Below, one piece after another: positions 30,335 through 40,306 of a stretch of 56,353 bases of DNA. A program made the position numbers and the translations under genes. Each line of letters begins with the position of its first letter. Position 1 is the stretch's first letter. The stretch covers positions 1 to 56,353 of the forward strand of contig DATAES010000196.1 of NCBI GenBank assembly GCA_036257895.1, written 5' to 3'. Source of the DNA: Acidimicrobiales bacterium. GTDB lineage: Bacteria > Actinomycetota > Acidimicrobiia > Acidimicrobiales > JACDCH01. The notes beneath the pieces were generated by a model. That model saw only the letters and a program-made list of their open reading frames with translations. It was not told the DNA's origin and did not search any database.

Positions 30335-31080
30335 CAGACAGCTGCTCTCTCAGGCTTGCGGGCGTAGACGACCAGGGACTTCCCGATGAAGGGGTTGGCG
30401 AGCCGGTCGGCCAGCTTGGTGAACGTGGCCATGGGCGTGCGCCCCGCAATGTCCCACAGCAGGACCTCGTGGTAGGCGCGGACCAACGGATGGTCGTTGT
30501 TCGTCGGACCCACCGCACACTTCAGCCACCAGTACGGGGCATGCAGGGCATGCGCGTGGTGCGCGGCCCCGGGACGGAGCCCCGCGGCGCGCAGCTTCGA
30601 GCGCAGCTCGGGCTCGCTGTAGATGCGTACGTGCCCGCCCTCGACGAACGGCGCGTGGTACTCGTCCGACAGGGCCCAACACACCTGCTCGGCCAGCCAG
30701 GCGGGCACCGTGACCGCCATCGTGCCACCCACCTTCAGCACCCGCGCGAGCTCGGCGATGGCCTTCGCGTCGGCCGGGATGTGCTCGAGCACCTCGGCCG
30801 CGATGACGTGGTCGAACACCGCATCCGGGAACGGCAGTCGGGTCGCGTCGCCGTTCGCGCACACACCGCAAGAGGTCGACGCCAACGTCTCGCGCTCGGC
30901 CGCGTCCAACGCGGCGAACATCGCCTTCACGTCCTTCAGCTCGGCCTCGCCGTAGTCGAGTGCCACGACCCGAGCGCCGCGGCGAAAGGCCTCGAACGCG
31001 TGTCGGCCTGCCCCGCAGCCGAGGTCGAGCACGAGGTCGCCGGCCTCGAGGCCGAGCCAGTCGTACCTGACGGTCAGCAT
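30334..31080 (-). CDS. Class I SAM-dependent methyltransferase (Methyltransf_11-like)
   Basis: VLDLGCGAGRHA...VVALDY...VIAAEVLEHI. TGATG overlaps on both sides. Confidence 0.85.
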   Translation of the reverse strand: MLTVRYDWLGLEAGDLVLDLGCGAGRHAFEAFRRGARVVALDYGEAELKDVKAMFAALDAAERETLASTSCGVCANGDATRLPFPDAVFDHVIAAEVLEHIPADAKAIAELARVLKVGGTMAVTVPAWLAEQVCWALSDEYHAPFVEGGHVRIYSEPELRSKLRAAGLRPGAAHHAHALHAPYWWLKCAVGPTNNDHPLVRAYHEVLLWDIAGRTPMATFTKLADRLANPFIGKSLVVYARKPERAAV

Positions 31081-32402
31081 CAGCGGCGCGTCCCCGCTGC
31101 GCTCGCCTGGCGGACGCGGAATGCGTCGGCGGCCTTGAGCGGACGAGCGGGCGTCTCCCGAAGCAGGGCGCGGTACTGGTCGAGCGTGCGCTCGGCCGTG
31201 TGACGCCAGCTCCAGTTGTCGATGACCCGTTGACGTCCTCGCGCACCGACGGCGGCCCGCAGCTCGGGGTTGTCCAACGACATACGGATCTTGGCCGCGA
31301 GCGCCTCGCTGTCACCCGGAGCGACCAGCAACGCTGTGTCGCCGTCGGCTCCTACGACCTCCGGCAGCGCGCCGCCGGTGGTGGACACGAGCGGGACACC
31401 GCACGACATCGCCTCGATGGCGGGCAGCGAGAACCCTTCGTACAGCGAGGGAACGATCGCCAGCTCGGCCTCGGAGTACATCTCGTAGATGCGCTGGTCG
31501 CTGACACCGGTCACGAACGAGACGACGTCCGTGAGCCCGAGGCGAGCGATGGTCTCGGCAGACCGGCCGCCTTCTTTGGGACGGCCGATCACGACCAAGC
31601 TGATGTCGCGCTCGGTCCGCAGCTTGGCGACCGCTTCGAGCAGGTACCGCAGCCCCTTCATCGTCACGTCGGCCGATGCGGTCGTGACGAGCCGGCCCGG
31701 GATGCGCTCGATGCCGGGGATCGGGCGGAACAGCGCCGGATCGACGCCCACAGGCACGACCCGCATGCGACCGGCGTCGACGCCGTGATCCTTCACGATG
31801 TCGTGCAGGCTCGACTCGGACACCGTGACGATGCGCTCGAGCCGACGCGCGACGCGCGTCTGCATCCGCGTGAACGCGTACCAGCGGCGTAGCGTCATGC
31901 GCTGGTACGCCGTCCGAGCGTGCGACAGCTCGAGCCGGCGATCGACGGTGATCGGGTGGTGGATCGTGCCGAGCAAGGGGAAGTCGCGCTGGATGGGAAG
32001 CAGGCCGTAGCCGAGGCTCTGGTTGTCGTGGACGAGGTCGAAGTCGCCCTTGCGCCTCCGCAACTGGTCCCAGGCGCGCCAGGAGAACGCCATCGGCTCG
32101 GGGAAGGTCCCCATCGAGAACGACGTGACCTCGACGAAGTCGGGCCAGTGCTTCAGCTCCCAGATGCCCGGCATCCGCATCGGGAAGTAGTCGTTGTAGA
32201 TGTCCAGGCTGGGGAGCTTGATCAGCGGGACCCGGTCGTCGAGCACCGGGAAGGGTTGGCCGCCCAGCACCTCGACGTGGTGACCGAGGTCGACCAGGGC
32301 CTTCGTCAGATGCTTGGTGTAGACGCCCTGACCGCCGACGTGGGGCTTGCCCCTGTAAGCGAGGAACGCGATGCGGAGGGGCTGGTCTTCCGCCGGGTAC
32401 AT
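31080..32402 (-). CDS. GT4-family (GT-B) glycosyltransferase
   Basis: Start at MYPAEDQPLRIAFLAYRGKPHVGGQGVYTKHL (M55 of ORF). C-terminal EGFSLPAIEAMSCGVPLV motif. Confidence 0.85.
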   Translation of the reverse strand: MYPAEDQPLRIAFLAYRGKPHVGGQGVYTKHLTKALVDLGHHVEVLGGQPFPVLDDRVPLIKLPSLDIYNDYFPMRMPGIWELKHWPDFVEVTSFSMGTFPEPMAFSWRAWDQLRRRKGDFDLVHDNQSLGYGLLPIQRDFPLLGTIHHPITVDRRLELSHARTAYQRMTLRRWYAFTRMQTRVARRLERIVTVSESSLHDIVKDHGVDAGRMRVVPVGVDPALFRPIPGIERIPGRLVTTASADVTMKGLRYLLEAVAKLRTERDISLVVIGRPKEGGRSAETIARLGLTDVVSFVTGVSDQRIYEMYSEAELAIVPSLYEGFSLPAIEAMSCGVPLVSTTGGALPEVVGADGDTALLVAPGDSEALAAKIRMSLDNPELRAAVGARGRQRVIDNWSWRHTAERTLDQYRALLRETPARPLKAADAFRVRQASAAGTRR

Positions 32403-32436
32403 GGGTGGAGAGCCTTCATGGCCATTGACCGTCCGG

Positions 32437-33204
32437 TCAAGTGCGTCCGACCGGGTCTCCGACTTCGACGGGGCCGGCGACGGCCACCGTGGCGTAGATC
32501 CCGAGGTTGTTCTCGTGGTGGTCCCGCACCGTCCGGATGATGGACAGGTCCCTGACCAGCCCATGGGCCGGCTGGGCCCGGCCGGGCATGGCGCATCGAG
32601 GGGTCGGCATGAAGACCTCGATCACCGCTCCGCCGAGGCGTACCTGGGTGCCGACCCAGCCGTCCTCCACGAATCCGGCCGCCTCGCCGGTGTCGACCAA
32701 GGCCGTCGGGCGGAAACGGTGGACGTCCCACTGGCCTTCCGGGTACTCGCCACCGATCGCCGTGAGGCTGGCTGTGGTCACGACGTGGACGGCAGCGAGG
32801 TCGACGAAACTGCCGGGGGGCGTCGCGAAGTCCCAGGGCTCGGAGTCGTCGTCGGCGGGATCCATCGTGAGCTCGTAGGGCGTCCCGGCGATCGCATCGG
32901 CGTGGGTGAGCCGAACATCGTGATCGAGCCAGGCCGACACCGCCTTGTCCGTCGCCGGGTCGCCCGAACCCCACTCGGTCGTGTCCGGCAACGTGATGAC
33001 CACGCCCTCATCGTCGAGGCGGGCTGATGCTTCGAGCAGCGCGGGCCATCGCTTCGCGGTCAGCACCTTGTCGGACGCAGCGTCGACGATGCCCCACTGC
33101 CGGTCACCCTCGACGCCACCGAGGCCCAACTCGATGCGCTCGACCGGCGAGCCCTGCATCGACTTCACCGGATAGCGCCACAACCCGCCGACGACCGCGA
33201 CCAT
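32437..33204 (-). CDS. MOSC domain-containing protein
   Basis: [11 protein letters not shown]...GVEGDRQWG...PTPRCAMP. Confidence 0.85.
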   Translation of the reverse strand: MVAVVGGLWRYPVKSMQGSPVERIELGLGGVEGDRQWGIVDAASDKVLTAKRWPALLEASARLDDEGVVITLPDTTEWGSGDPATDKAVSAWLDHDVRLTHADAIAGTPYELTMDPADDDSEPWDFATPPGSFVDLAAVHVVTTASLTAIGGEYPEGQWDVHRFRPTALVDTGEAAGFVEDGWVGTQVRLGGAVIEVFMPTPRCAMPGRAQPAHGLVRDLSIIRTVRDHHENNLGIYATVAVAGPVEVGDPVGRT

Positions 33205-33209
33205 GCCGC

Positions 33210-33230
33210 GACCCTACGACTCGTAGGGTC
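33210..33230. promoter_or_regulatory. 21-bp palindrome (candidate operator) in the MOSC/dtd divergent gap
   Basis: GACCCTACG-ACT-CGTAGGGTC: perfect 9-bp arms and a 3-nt spacer, filling most of the 33-bp intergenic region. Confidence 0.4.
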
Positions 33231-33237
33231 CCGGTCC

Positions 33238-33675
33238 ATGCGTGCCGTGGTGCAACGGGTCGCCGAGGCTCGGGTGACCGTCGGCGACGAGGAGGTCGGC
33301 GCCATCGGCCCCGGCCTGTGCGTGCTCGTCGGTGCAACCCACGACGACACGCAGGCGAACGCGTCGGCGCTGGCCGAGAAGGTGTGGAACCTGCGGATCA
33401 TGGACGACGACGACGGCGTCATGAACCGCGCGGTCGCGGACACAACCGGCGCGGTACTCGTCGTGAGTCAGTTCACGCTGTACGGCGACACGTCACGGGG
33501 ACGGCGACCCTCGTGGATCGCCGCCGCCCGGCCCGAGCAGGCCGAGCCCCTGGTCGACGCGGTCGTCGCCCGTCTGCGAGATCTCGGCGCGCGGGTCGCG
33601 ACCGGACGTTTCCGCGCCGAGATGCACGTCGCCCTCGTCAACGACGGCCCCGTCACGATCCTCCTCGAGACCTGA
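33238..33675 (+). CDS. dtd: D-aminoacyl-tRNA deacylase
   Basis: MRAVVQRV...[10 protein letters not shown]...[11 protein letters not shown]. Confidence 0.93.
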   Translation: MRAVVQRVAEARVTVGDEEVGAIGPGLCVLVGATHDDTQANASALAEKVWNLRIMDDDDGVMNRAVADTTGAVLVVSQFTLYGDTSRGRRPSWIAAARPEQAEPLVDAVVARLRDLGARVATGRFRAEMHVALVNDGPVTILLET

Positions 33676-35169
33676 CGCCGGTGTTTGTGCGGTTCTAACG
33701 CGCGGATTTCGCGCGTTAGAACCGCACAAACGAGTGGGGGAACGAAACTCGACCAGCCAGCCGAGGCCGACGAGAGCGAACGCGAGGATGAGCGCGGGCC
33801 AATCGCCGACCCGCGTGGCGATGGTCTCGCCGGTCCGTCGCTGCACCGTTCCCTCGAGGACACGGCGTTCGCTGATGCTGGTGCGTTGCTCGACGGTCCC
33901 GTCTGCATTGATGATTGCCGTGAACCCCGTCGGCGCCGCCTGCAGGACCCACCGGCCGTTGGTGATCGCCGCCAACCGCGATGCGGCGACCTGCTGTGTC
34001 TGCACGATCGACCCGTGGAACGACGCGCCGTTCGTCGGGTTCAGCAGCACCTCGCCGCCAGCTCTGATCGCGGCGCGGGTTCGATCGGGGAAGAAGACCT
34101 CCCACGACTCCGACACGCCGAACCTCCCGGCCGGCGTCTGCAGGATGGGGGGATCTGCGCCCACGAGCGCGTCTCGCTCGATCAGGGAGCTGCCGGCGAA
34201 CGGCTCGAGCAAACCGCGCAGCGGCACGTACTCGCCGAACGGCACTCGCCGTACCTTTTCGTAGCGGTCGACGAAGTTGCCTTCGGGATCGATGGCGACC
34301 TGCGCGTTGTGGAAGCGATTGCCGTCGCCCTCGACGACGCCGACGATGAGGTTCGTGTGGAGTCGTCGCGCGATCTCGGACAGCACCGCGCCTTCCTTGC
34401 TGTTGGTGACGGGTCCCTCGATGTTCACGATGTCCTCCGGCCACAGCACCATGTCGACCGGCGGATGGACTGCGTCGGTGGCGTCGACGTGGCGCTGGAA
34501 CACCACGGATGGGTCGGTCTCGAAGAATCGGGTGCCTTGCGGGCCACCGCCCTGCACGAGCGCCACCCGCCGCGACCCGATGTCGTAGCCGGTCGGCGCA
34601 AGGGCGCCCCACACGATGACGCCGGCGACGGCCACACCGGTGACCACCGCAAACCGCCACCTCCGCGCGATCGCCGCAGCGACCGCGACGCCGACTGCCA
34701 CAGTGGCCAGATCGAGCAGCAAAGAACCACCGAGGCGGACGACGTGGACGAGCGGGTTGTCGATCTGCCCCATAGCCAGCCGGGACACCGGGACGCCGCC
34801 GAACGGCCAGCGCCCACGCCATGCTTCCGCCAGCATCCACGCGCCCGGCAGCGCGATCCACCGACCCGGAGCGCTCGGCGGGCATGCCATACATGCGAGC
34901 GCGAACACGGCGGAGTAGTACGCGGCCGCGATCACATACCCGGGCGCCGTGAACGTGACGAGCCAGCTCAGCGACGGGAACAACAGCGCGGCCGCCACCA
35001 ACCAGCCCCGCCGGAACCGGGCCCAGACCGGTTGGTCGGCGATCAACCGGTCGAGCATCACGAGACCGGCGAACGCCAGAGGCCACCATCCCCACGGCGG
35101 CAACGACGCCGCCAACAGCAACCCGGCCACGACCGCGCGCGTGACGACGGAGAGCGTGGAACGCGTCAT
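33493..35169 (-). CDS. lnt: Apolipoprotein N-acyltransferase, with an 85-codon 3' extension of doubtful reality
   Basis: Start at [16 protein letters not shown] (M64 of ORF), sharing 1 nt with the hemY stop. Multi-TM N-terminus, CN-hydrolase domain (VALVQGG...MVLWPED), final [20 protein letters not shown]. No stop occurs until 33493. Confidence 0.8.
   Translation of the reverse strand: MTRSTLSVVTRAVVAGLLLAASLPPWGWWPLAFAGLVMLDRLIADQPVWARFRRGWLVAAALLFPSLSWLVTFTAPGYVIAAAYYSAVFALACMACPPSAPGRWIALPGAWMLAEAWRGRWPFGGVPVSRLAMGQIDNPLVHVVRLGGSLLLDLATVAVGVAVAAAIARRWRFAVVTGVAVAGVIVWGALAPTGYDIGSRRVALVQGGGPQGTRFFETDPSVVFQRHVDATDAVHPPVDMVLWPEDIVNIEGPVTNSKEGAVLSEIARRLHTNLIVGVVEGDGNRFHNAQVAIDPEGNFVDRYEKVRRVPFGEYVPLRGLLEPFAGSSLIERDALVGADPPILQTPAGRFGVSESWEVFFPDRTRAAIRAGGEVLLNPTNGASFHGSIVQTQQVAASRLAAITNGRWVLQAAPTGFTAIINADGTVEQRTSISERRVLEGTVQRRTGETIATRVGDWPALILAFALVGLGWLVEFRSPTRLCGSNARNPRVRTAQTPASGLEEDRDGAVVDEGDVHLGAETSGRDPRAEISQTGDDRVDQGLGLLGPGGGDPRGSPSP
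33683..33731. terminator. Perfect 22-bp-stem hairpin (5-nt loop) just after the dtd stop
   Basis: GTTTGTGCGGTTCTAACGCGCG-GATTT-CGCGCGTTAGAACCGCACAAAC. Every position pairs. It lies inside the open lnt reading frame. Confidence 0.7.
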
Positions 35170-36488
35170 CAGGCGCCGGCGCGCTCGATCAATAGGGCCG
35201 CAGCCTCCCGCCCTTGGCGGATGCACGCCGGTACGCCGAGCCCCCGGAACGCGGCGCCCGTCACGAGGATGTTCGGCGCTTCCTCGGCCAAGTGCCGTTC
35301 GATGCTCTCGACGAGGTCGATATGGCCGGGCTCGTACTGCGGGAACGAACGCATCCACCGGTTCACGCGCGCTTCAACAGGTGCGCCTTCGATGTCGCTC
35401 GTCTCCGCCAGCTCCTCGAGCAGTCGCGTGATGAGGGTGTCGTCGTCGAGCTCGGCGAAGCGCTCGTCACCGATGCGGCCGGTCGATACACGCACGATCA
35501 GGTGCTTGCCGTCGTCGAGGTGCGCCCACTTGGTCGACGCCCACGAACAGGCGCTCATCAGCAGACCGGTGCCGCGCGGGACGAGATAGCCGCTGCCGTC
35601 GAGCGCGCGGCGCGCGGCCGAACGTTCGAACGCGATCGTCACGAGCGCGACCGACGCGTAAGCGATCGTCGCGAGCTGATTCGTAGTCGTAGGCGCGACA
35701 CGACGGAGCGCATCAGTCGCAGCGGGCGCGGGCACGGCGACGATGACACCATCCGCGTCGGCATCCTCGACCCGGACAAAAGACCCGAGTCGCAGCTCGA
35801 CTCGGTGGGAGCCCAACCAGTCGACGAGGGCATCGACCAGTGTGCCCATCCCTCCGGCGGGCGCATAGAACACCGGACCAGCCGCGGCGGGCGGCGCGGC
35901 TCGCAAGCCCGAGACGAGGTCAGCGTCGCGCTCAGCAGCGGCTGCGAGTTGCGGCGCGGCGGCGCGGACGCTGAGGCGGTCGCCGTCCCCGGCGTTGATG
36001 CCGCCGAGCAACGGATCGACGAGGCGTTCGAACACGGCGTCGCCGAGTTGCGGACGCACGAGCGCGCCGACCGACACGTCGTCGTCCGGAGCGAGCGGCT
36101 TCGGCGCCGGGCGGACTACCACCGGCTCGGTCACGATGCCCGACGCGCGGAGTGCCGCGAGGTCGGTCGGCACGCCGAGTACGAGCCCGTCAGGGAGGCG
36201 TCGCAGCGCGCCGTCCCACCACACGTAGGCGGCGGACGCCGCGGGCGACACCAGCGCCTTCTCGATGCCGAGCTCGCGGCACAAGTCCAGGCCCCACGGC
36301 ACACGGGCGAGGAACGCGTCCGCGCCTTCGTCGACCGGCCGGCCGTCGAACAACGACGTGGCGACCTTGCCACCCAACCGGTCAGACGCCTCGTGGACGA
36401 CGATCGCCAGGTCCGGCAGCCGGCGGCGCAACTCGTACGCGGCGGCCAGTCCGGTGATGCCGCCGCCGACCACGGCCACCCGCTTCAT
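35169..36488 (-). CDS. hemY: Protoporphyrinogen/coproporphyrinogen III oxidase (HemY/CgoX type)
   Basis: [20 protein letters not shown] (M90 of ORF). FAD amine-oxidase-like. ATGA overlap with the hemH stop. Confidence 0.85.
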   Translation of the reverse strand: MKRVAVVGGGITGLAAAYELRRRLPDLAIVVHEASDRLGGKVATSLFDGRPVDEGADAFLARVPWGLDLCRELGIEKALVSPAASAAYVWWDGALRRLPDGLVLGVPTDLAALRASGIVTEPVVVRPAPKPLAPDDDVSVGALVRPQLGDAVFERLVDPLLGGINAGDGDRLSVRAAAPQLAAAAERDADLVSGLRAAPPAAAGPVFYAPAGGMGTLVDALVDWLGSHRVELRLGSFVRVEDADADGVIVAVPAPAATDALRRVAPTTTNQLATIAYASVALVTIAFERSAARRALDGSGYLVPRGTGLLMSACSWASTKWAHLDDGKHLIVRVSTGRIGDERFAELDDDTLITRLLEELAETSDIEGAPVEARVNRWMRSFPQYEPGHIDLVESIERHLAEEAPNILVTGAAFRGLGVPACIRQGREAAALLIERAGA

Positions 36489-37354
36489 CCCGCCAACGCT
36501 CGCACTTCGGCCGCCAGCGCGGTGAGCACCTCGGCGTCGTCGTTGAGCATCGCCGTGCGGCCGAAGCGCAGCCCCACGTCGTCCGCCCGTCGGCGAGCCA
36601 CCACGTCGATGTCGTACAGCACCTCGAGATGATCCGCCGTGAATCCCTGCGGACAGACCAGCACGCCCTCGACCCCCTCCGCGGCGAGGGCCTCGACGAT
36701 GTCGGCGATGTCGGGACCCCTCCACGGCTCGGGCGTCCGAGACGCCGACTGCCACCCGATCGACCAGGTGCCACGATCGAGTCCCGCACGCGCGGCAATG
36801 CCCTCGGCTGATGCTTGGAGCTCGTCGACGTACACGTCGCCTTCGAGCACGCGCTCAGGCAACGAGTGCGCGGTGAAGACGACGTGGGTCCGCGACGGCA
36901 TCGACGTGAGCGCGGCGCGCACGGCGTTCGCTTGGAATGCGCGCCATTCCGGAAGCGTGTGCCATGAGCGAATCGCCTTCGCGTCCGGCCCGAGTCGTTC
37001 GACGTACTCGCCGATCGAGCCGCGACTGTCGTGTGGCGCCAGGACGACGCCGACGATCTCCGTCGCGTTCTTGTCTCGCGCCATGGTCACCGCGTCTTCG
37101 ATGAACGGCGCCGTGTGCTTGTACCCGAGCGCGACCTCGAAGCCATCGCCGAGTGCGCCGGCGATGCGGTCTCGCTGCGCTTCGGTCATGCGTCGCAACG
37201 GCGACATACCGCCTATGGCGTCGTAGCGGCCGCGGAGCTCGCGGAGCTGCTCCTCGGTCGGCGGGCGTCCTCGACGGATGTGGGTGTAGTAGGCGGCGAG
37301 GTCCTCGGCGGATGCGGGCGTGCCATACGCCATCACCACGACACCGATGCTCAC
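36485..37354 (-). CDS. hemH: Ferrochelatase (coproporphyrin ferrochelatase type)
   Basis: [28 protein letters not shown]...[10 protein letters not shown]...[16 protein letters not shown] start overlaps the hemE stop (GTGA). Confidence 0.88.
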   Translation of the reverse strand: MSIGVVVMAYGTPASAEDLAAYYTHIRRGRPPTEEQLRELRGRYDAIGGMSPLRRMTEAQRDRIAGALGDGFEVALGYKHTAPFIEDAVTMARDKNATEIVGVVLAPHDSRGSIGEYVERLGPDAKAIRSWHTLPEWRAFQANAVRAALTSMPSRTHVVFTAHSLPERVLEGDVYVDELQASAEGIAARAGLDRGTWSIGWQSASRTPEPWRGPDIADIVEALAAEGVEGVLVCPQGFTADHLEVLYDIDVVARRRADDVGLRFGRTAMLNDDAEVLTALAAEVRALAG

Positions 37355-38385
37355 CTGTCGCGCACGATCCCTTCACCGTGCACGAGGGCGACGACTTTCT
37401 CGAGGATCGCCGGGTCGGTGTCGGGCAGAACACCGTGACCGAGGTTGAAGATGTGGCCGGGGTGGCCGTCGTTGTCCGCCAGCACCTCGCGCACTTCGCT
37501 CGCGACGACATCCCATGGTGCGAAGCACACCCCGGGGTCGAGGTTTCCCTGCAGGGCGCAGTCGCCACCGGTGCGAACCCGAGCAGCGGACAGCGCGGTT
37601 CGCCAGTCGACGCCCACCACATCAGCCCCGGCTCGCGCGAACGCGCCCAGCAACTCGCCGGTGTCGACGCCGAAGTGGATGCGAGGCACCTCGAGATCCG
37701 CAAGCGCGGCGAACACCTTCGTCGACGCAGGGAGCACGAATCGTTCGTAGTGCGACGGACCCAGCGCGCCCGCCCAGCTGTCGAACAGCTGGACCGCTCG
37801 CGCGCCGTGTTCGATCTGCGACCGCAACGATGTGATGGCGAGATCGGCGAGGCGGTCGAGCAATGCGTGCCACAACGGCGGATCGCCGTGCATGAGTGCC
37901 TTCGTCTTCACGTAGGTGCGCGACGGTCCTCCCTCGACGAGATACGACGCCACGGTGAACGGTGCGCCTGCGAACCCGATCAGCGGGATGTCGTCCGGCA
38001 GCTCCGCGGCCACTTTGGCCACCGTCTCGAGCACGTACGCGGTGTCCTGTTCCGCATCGAGCGGTCGCAAGCGCGCCAGATCCGCGCTCGACCGAAAGGG
38101 CTCTGCCACGACTGGCCCGGTGCCGGGAGCGACGTCGACACCGAAGCCGATGGCGGCTACGGGTACGACGATGTCCGAATAGAGGATCGCAGCGTCGACG
38201 CCGTACCGGCGGACGGGCTGCAGAGTCAGCTCTGCCGCGAGCTCGGGACGCCGGATGGCGTCGAGGATGCTTCCCTCGCCTCGCAAGGCGCGGTACTCCG
38301 GCAACGACCGTCCTGCCTGACGCATGAACCACACCGGCACCCGGTCGTGCGGCTCGGCGCGACAGGCCGCGAGGAAGTTGTTCAA
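37351..38385 (-). CDS. hemE: Uroporphyrinogen decarboxylase
   Basis: [28 protein letters not shown]. The TTG start at 38385 overlaps the patatin stop (TTGA). The longer ORF upstream is a shadow over the patatin gene. Confidence 0.88.
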   Translation of the reverse strand: MNNFLAACRAEPHDRVPVWFMRQAGRSLPEYRALRGEGSILDAIRRPELAAELTLQPVRRYGVDAAILYSDIVVPVAAIGFGVDVAPGTGPVVAEPFRSSADLARLRPLDAEQDTAYVLETVAKVAAELPDDIPLIGFAGAPFTVASYLVEGGPSRTYVKTKALMHGDPPLWHALLDRLADLAITSLRSQIEHGARAVQLFDSWAGALGPSHYERFVLPASTKVFAALADLEVPRIHFGVDTGELLGAFARAGADVVGVDWRTALSAARVRTGGDCALQGNLDPGVCFAPWDVVASEVREVLADNDGHPGHIFNLGHGVLPDTDPAILEKVVALVHGEGIVRDR

Positions 38386-39344
38386 GCGGCGAGGCGGGCG
38401 ACGAGGTCCGCCGCCGCCGGGTGAGTCAGCCGCTGGATCGTCGTGAGCCGCGCCTGCTCCGCGACCGCCGATCGTCGCGCAGGGTTCATGGCGTTGTTGC
38501 CCATCACCTCGAGATCTTCGGCCGTGGGTTCGAGCACCAGCACCGGCGTGCCGTTGGCGCGGATGCTGCGCACCTCGCGCTCGAGCACCCAGGCTGCGAG
38601 CGCTCGACTTCCGATGTTCGGCGTGGGACGGAGCGCGGTCCACGGCGCCGACATCGGCGAGACGACCACGACCAGGTCGAGACCGAGACCGCACACCACG
38701 TCCGCGTTGCTCGGCGAATGCGCGCCGCCGTCGACGTAGGTTTCGCCACCGATCTCGACCGGTTGGAGATAACCGGGGATGGCGGACGATGCTTCGACCG
38801 CCGTGCCGACGTCGGTCGTGTTCACCTCGTCGCGTCCGAACACGACGCGCGCTCCGTCACGCAAACGGAGCGCACAGATCCACAGCGCGCGGTCGGGCCA
38901 CTCGCCGTTCATCATCTGGCGGATGCGATCCCCGATCGGCGCGGTCGGCACGCTGCCCGCGGGCAAGAGGCCGGCCAACGCGGCGAGAGGACGGGCGCTC
39001 CACGGAGGAAGCAACGCGGTCGCCGCCAGCTGTGGTGATGCCGGAAGCGGCACGCCGCGCGGGAACGGCGGACGCGTCGGCAACTCGAGCACGGGCGTGA
39101 GGTGGCCGACGAGCATCTCGCCTTCCGGGGACAGCGGCGCGCCCGTCGAGCGCGCGTGTTGATCGCGCCCGGACAGCCCGGCGCGCAACGCGGCGGCGGC
39201 GATCGATCCAGCAGACGTGCCGACGATGACCTCGGCATCTCGCGCGTCCCATCCCGCCGTCTCGGCCAGCGCGGCCAGCGCGCCCGCGTGGTACGCGCCG
39301 CCGACCACGCCTCCCGCGCCGAGGACGAGCCCGACCGATGCCAT
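38382..39344 (-). CDS. Patatin-like phospholipase
   Basis: [17 protein letters not shown] (GxGxxG), VGTSAGS (GxSxG), YVDGGA (catalytic Asp). Confidence 0.85.
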   Translation of the reverse strand: MASVGLVLGAGGVVGGAYHAGALAALAETAGWDARDAEVIVGTSAGSIAAAALRAGLSGRDQHARSTGAPLSPEGEMLVGHLTPVLELPTRPPFPRGVPLPASPQLAATALLPPWSARPLAALAGLLPAGSVPTAPIGDRIRQMMNGEWPDRALWICALRLRDGARVVFGRDEVNTTDVGTAVEASSAIPGYLQPVEIGGETYVDGGAHSPSNADVVCGLGLDLVVVVSPMSAPWTALRPTPNIGSRALAAWVLEREVRSIRANGTPVLVLEPTAEDLEVMGNNAMNPARRSAVAEQARLTTIQRLTHPAAADLVARLAA

Positions 39345-39396
39345 GTCGCCATGCTCGCGGGCTGGTAGGGGAACACGGAAATCGGGCCCACCCTGA

Positions 39397-39448
39397 CGAA
39401 TGTTGGTGCGCCGTGGCCCCTATAGGGGCCACGGCTACCCGGAGTTCG
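39397..39448 (-). repeat. 52-bp palindromic REP/MITE-like element, copy B (inverted orientation)
   Basis: The reverse complement, CGAACTCCGGGTAGCCGTGGCCCCTATAGGGGCCACGGCGCACCAACATTCG, differs from copy A at 3 positions. Confidence 0.9.
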
Positions 39449-39470
39449 TTGGCGATGGCCGGCCCGGGGA

Positions 39471-40298
39471 TCAGTAGCGGAGTTCGGCGAGTACGCCGTA
39501 GTGGTCGCTCGGCTGCCGACCGTCGACGGCTTCGGTACCGACGACGGCGGAGCGCAGCACGTGACCGGCGCCTTCCTTCTTGGGCCAGCCGACGAAGACG
39601 TAATCGATGCGGCGGTTCGGCTCGAGGTCTTCCTTGGCGAACGTGTTGTCGTTCGACCACGTGAACCCCGGTCCGTCCTCACGCTCGACCGCGGCCTCCC
39701 ACGAGTCGTGGAACACGAGCTTCGGGACCGGCAACTCGGCACGGCCTGTCAGCATCCGGATCTCGTCCGAGTCCGGGACCGCGTTGAAATCGCCGCACAG
39801 CACCGGCGGATACGTCCGCAACGGCGAATCGTGCACGAACTTGGCGATGGCGGCGACCTGCTTCTGGCGGACGTGGCTCTGGTCGAACCGCCAGTTCAGG
39901 TGCGTCGAGAAGACCTGCACCGTTCCCCGCGGTCCGTCGATGTCGGCTCGGACGACGGTGCGGAGCTCGTCGGCATCCGGAGGCGCTGGCAGCGGCATGA
40001 AGTCGTGGCTTTCGATCGGCCACCGCGACAGCACGGCATTGCCCATCTGGACCCCGTTCAGGTCGAGCCGGCTGGCGTACACGTGGTGGTAGCCGAGCCG
40101 GTCCGACAGTTCGGCCGCCTGGTTCCGCGTCCCGTCCTCCCACACCTCCTGGAGGGCGAACACGTCCGCGTCCACGGCCGCCAGCGTCGCCGCGATCGCC
40201 GGGAGACGTTGCTCCCACGGCCCGAACTGCCACCACAGGTTCCAGCTCATGACCCGCAGGCGAGTCTCGATCCGCGTCATCAGGGCCTCCCTTCGCAC
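39471..40298 (-). CDS. Endonuclease/exonuclease/phosphatase (EEP) family protein
   Basis: RVMSWNLWW...DVFALQEV...CGDFNA...SDHYGVLAEL. An alternative start at 40280 (M7) is possible. Confidence 0.85.
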   Translation of the reverse strand: MRREALMTRIETRLRVMSWNLWWQFGPWEQRLPAIAATLAAVDADVFALQEVWEDGTRNQAAELSDRLGYHHVYASRLDLNGVQMGNAVLSRWPIESHDFMPLPAPPDADELRTVVRADIDGPRGTVQVFSTHLNWRFDQSHVRQKQVAAIAKFVHDSPLRTYPPVLCGDFNAVPDSDEIRMLTGRAELPVPKLVFHDSWEAAVEREDGPGFTWSNDNTFAKEDLEPNRRIDYVFVGWPKKEGAGHVLRSAVVGTEAVDGRQPSDHYGVLAELRY

Positions 40299-40306
40299 CC
40301 GGTAGC

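Noticed and set aside
33685-35589. 634-aa plus-strand ORF opposite lnt and hemY. Similar long antisense ORFs occur at 25138..26715, 43268..44890, 46271..47857 and 50542..52125.
   Set aside because: All are Arg/Pro/Gly-rich with no recognisable motifs. All lie opposite genes with strong family signatures (lnt, GH1, lhr, ligase), so they are shadow ORFs.
40230-40306. A rifamycin-associated element (palindromic RAE) upstream of helD, as reported for HelR-type genes.
   Set aside because: I see no GC-rich inverted repeat of that kind in the ~80 nt upstream, and the region is EEP coding sequence. No claim is made that this HelD is rifamycin-inducible.
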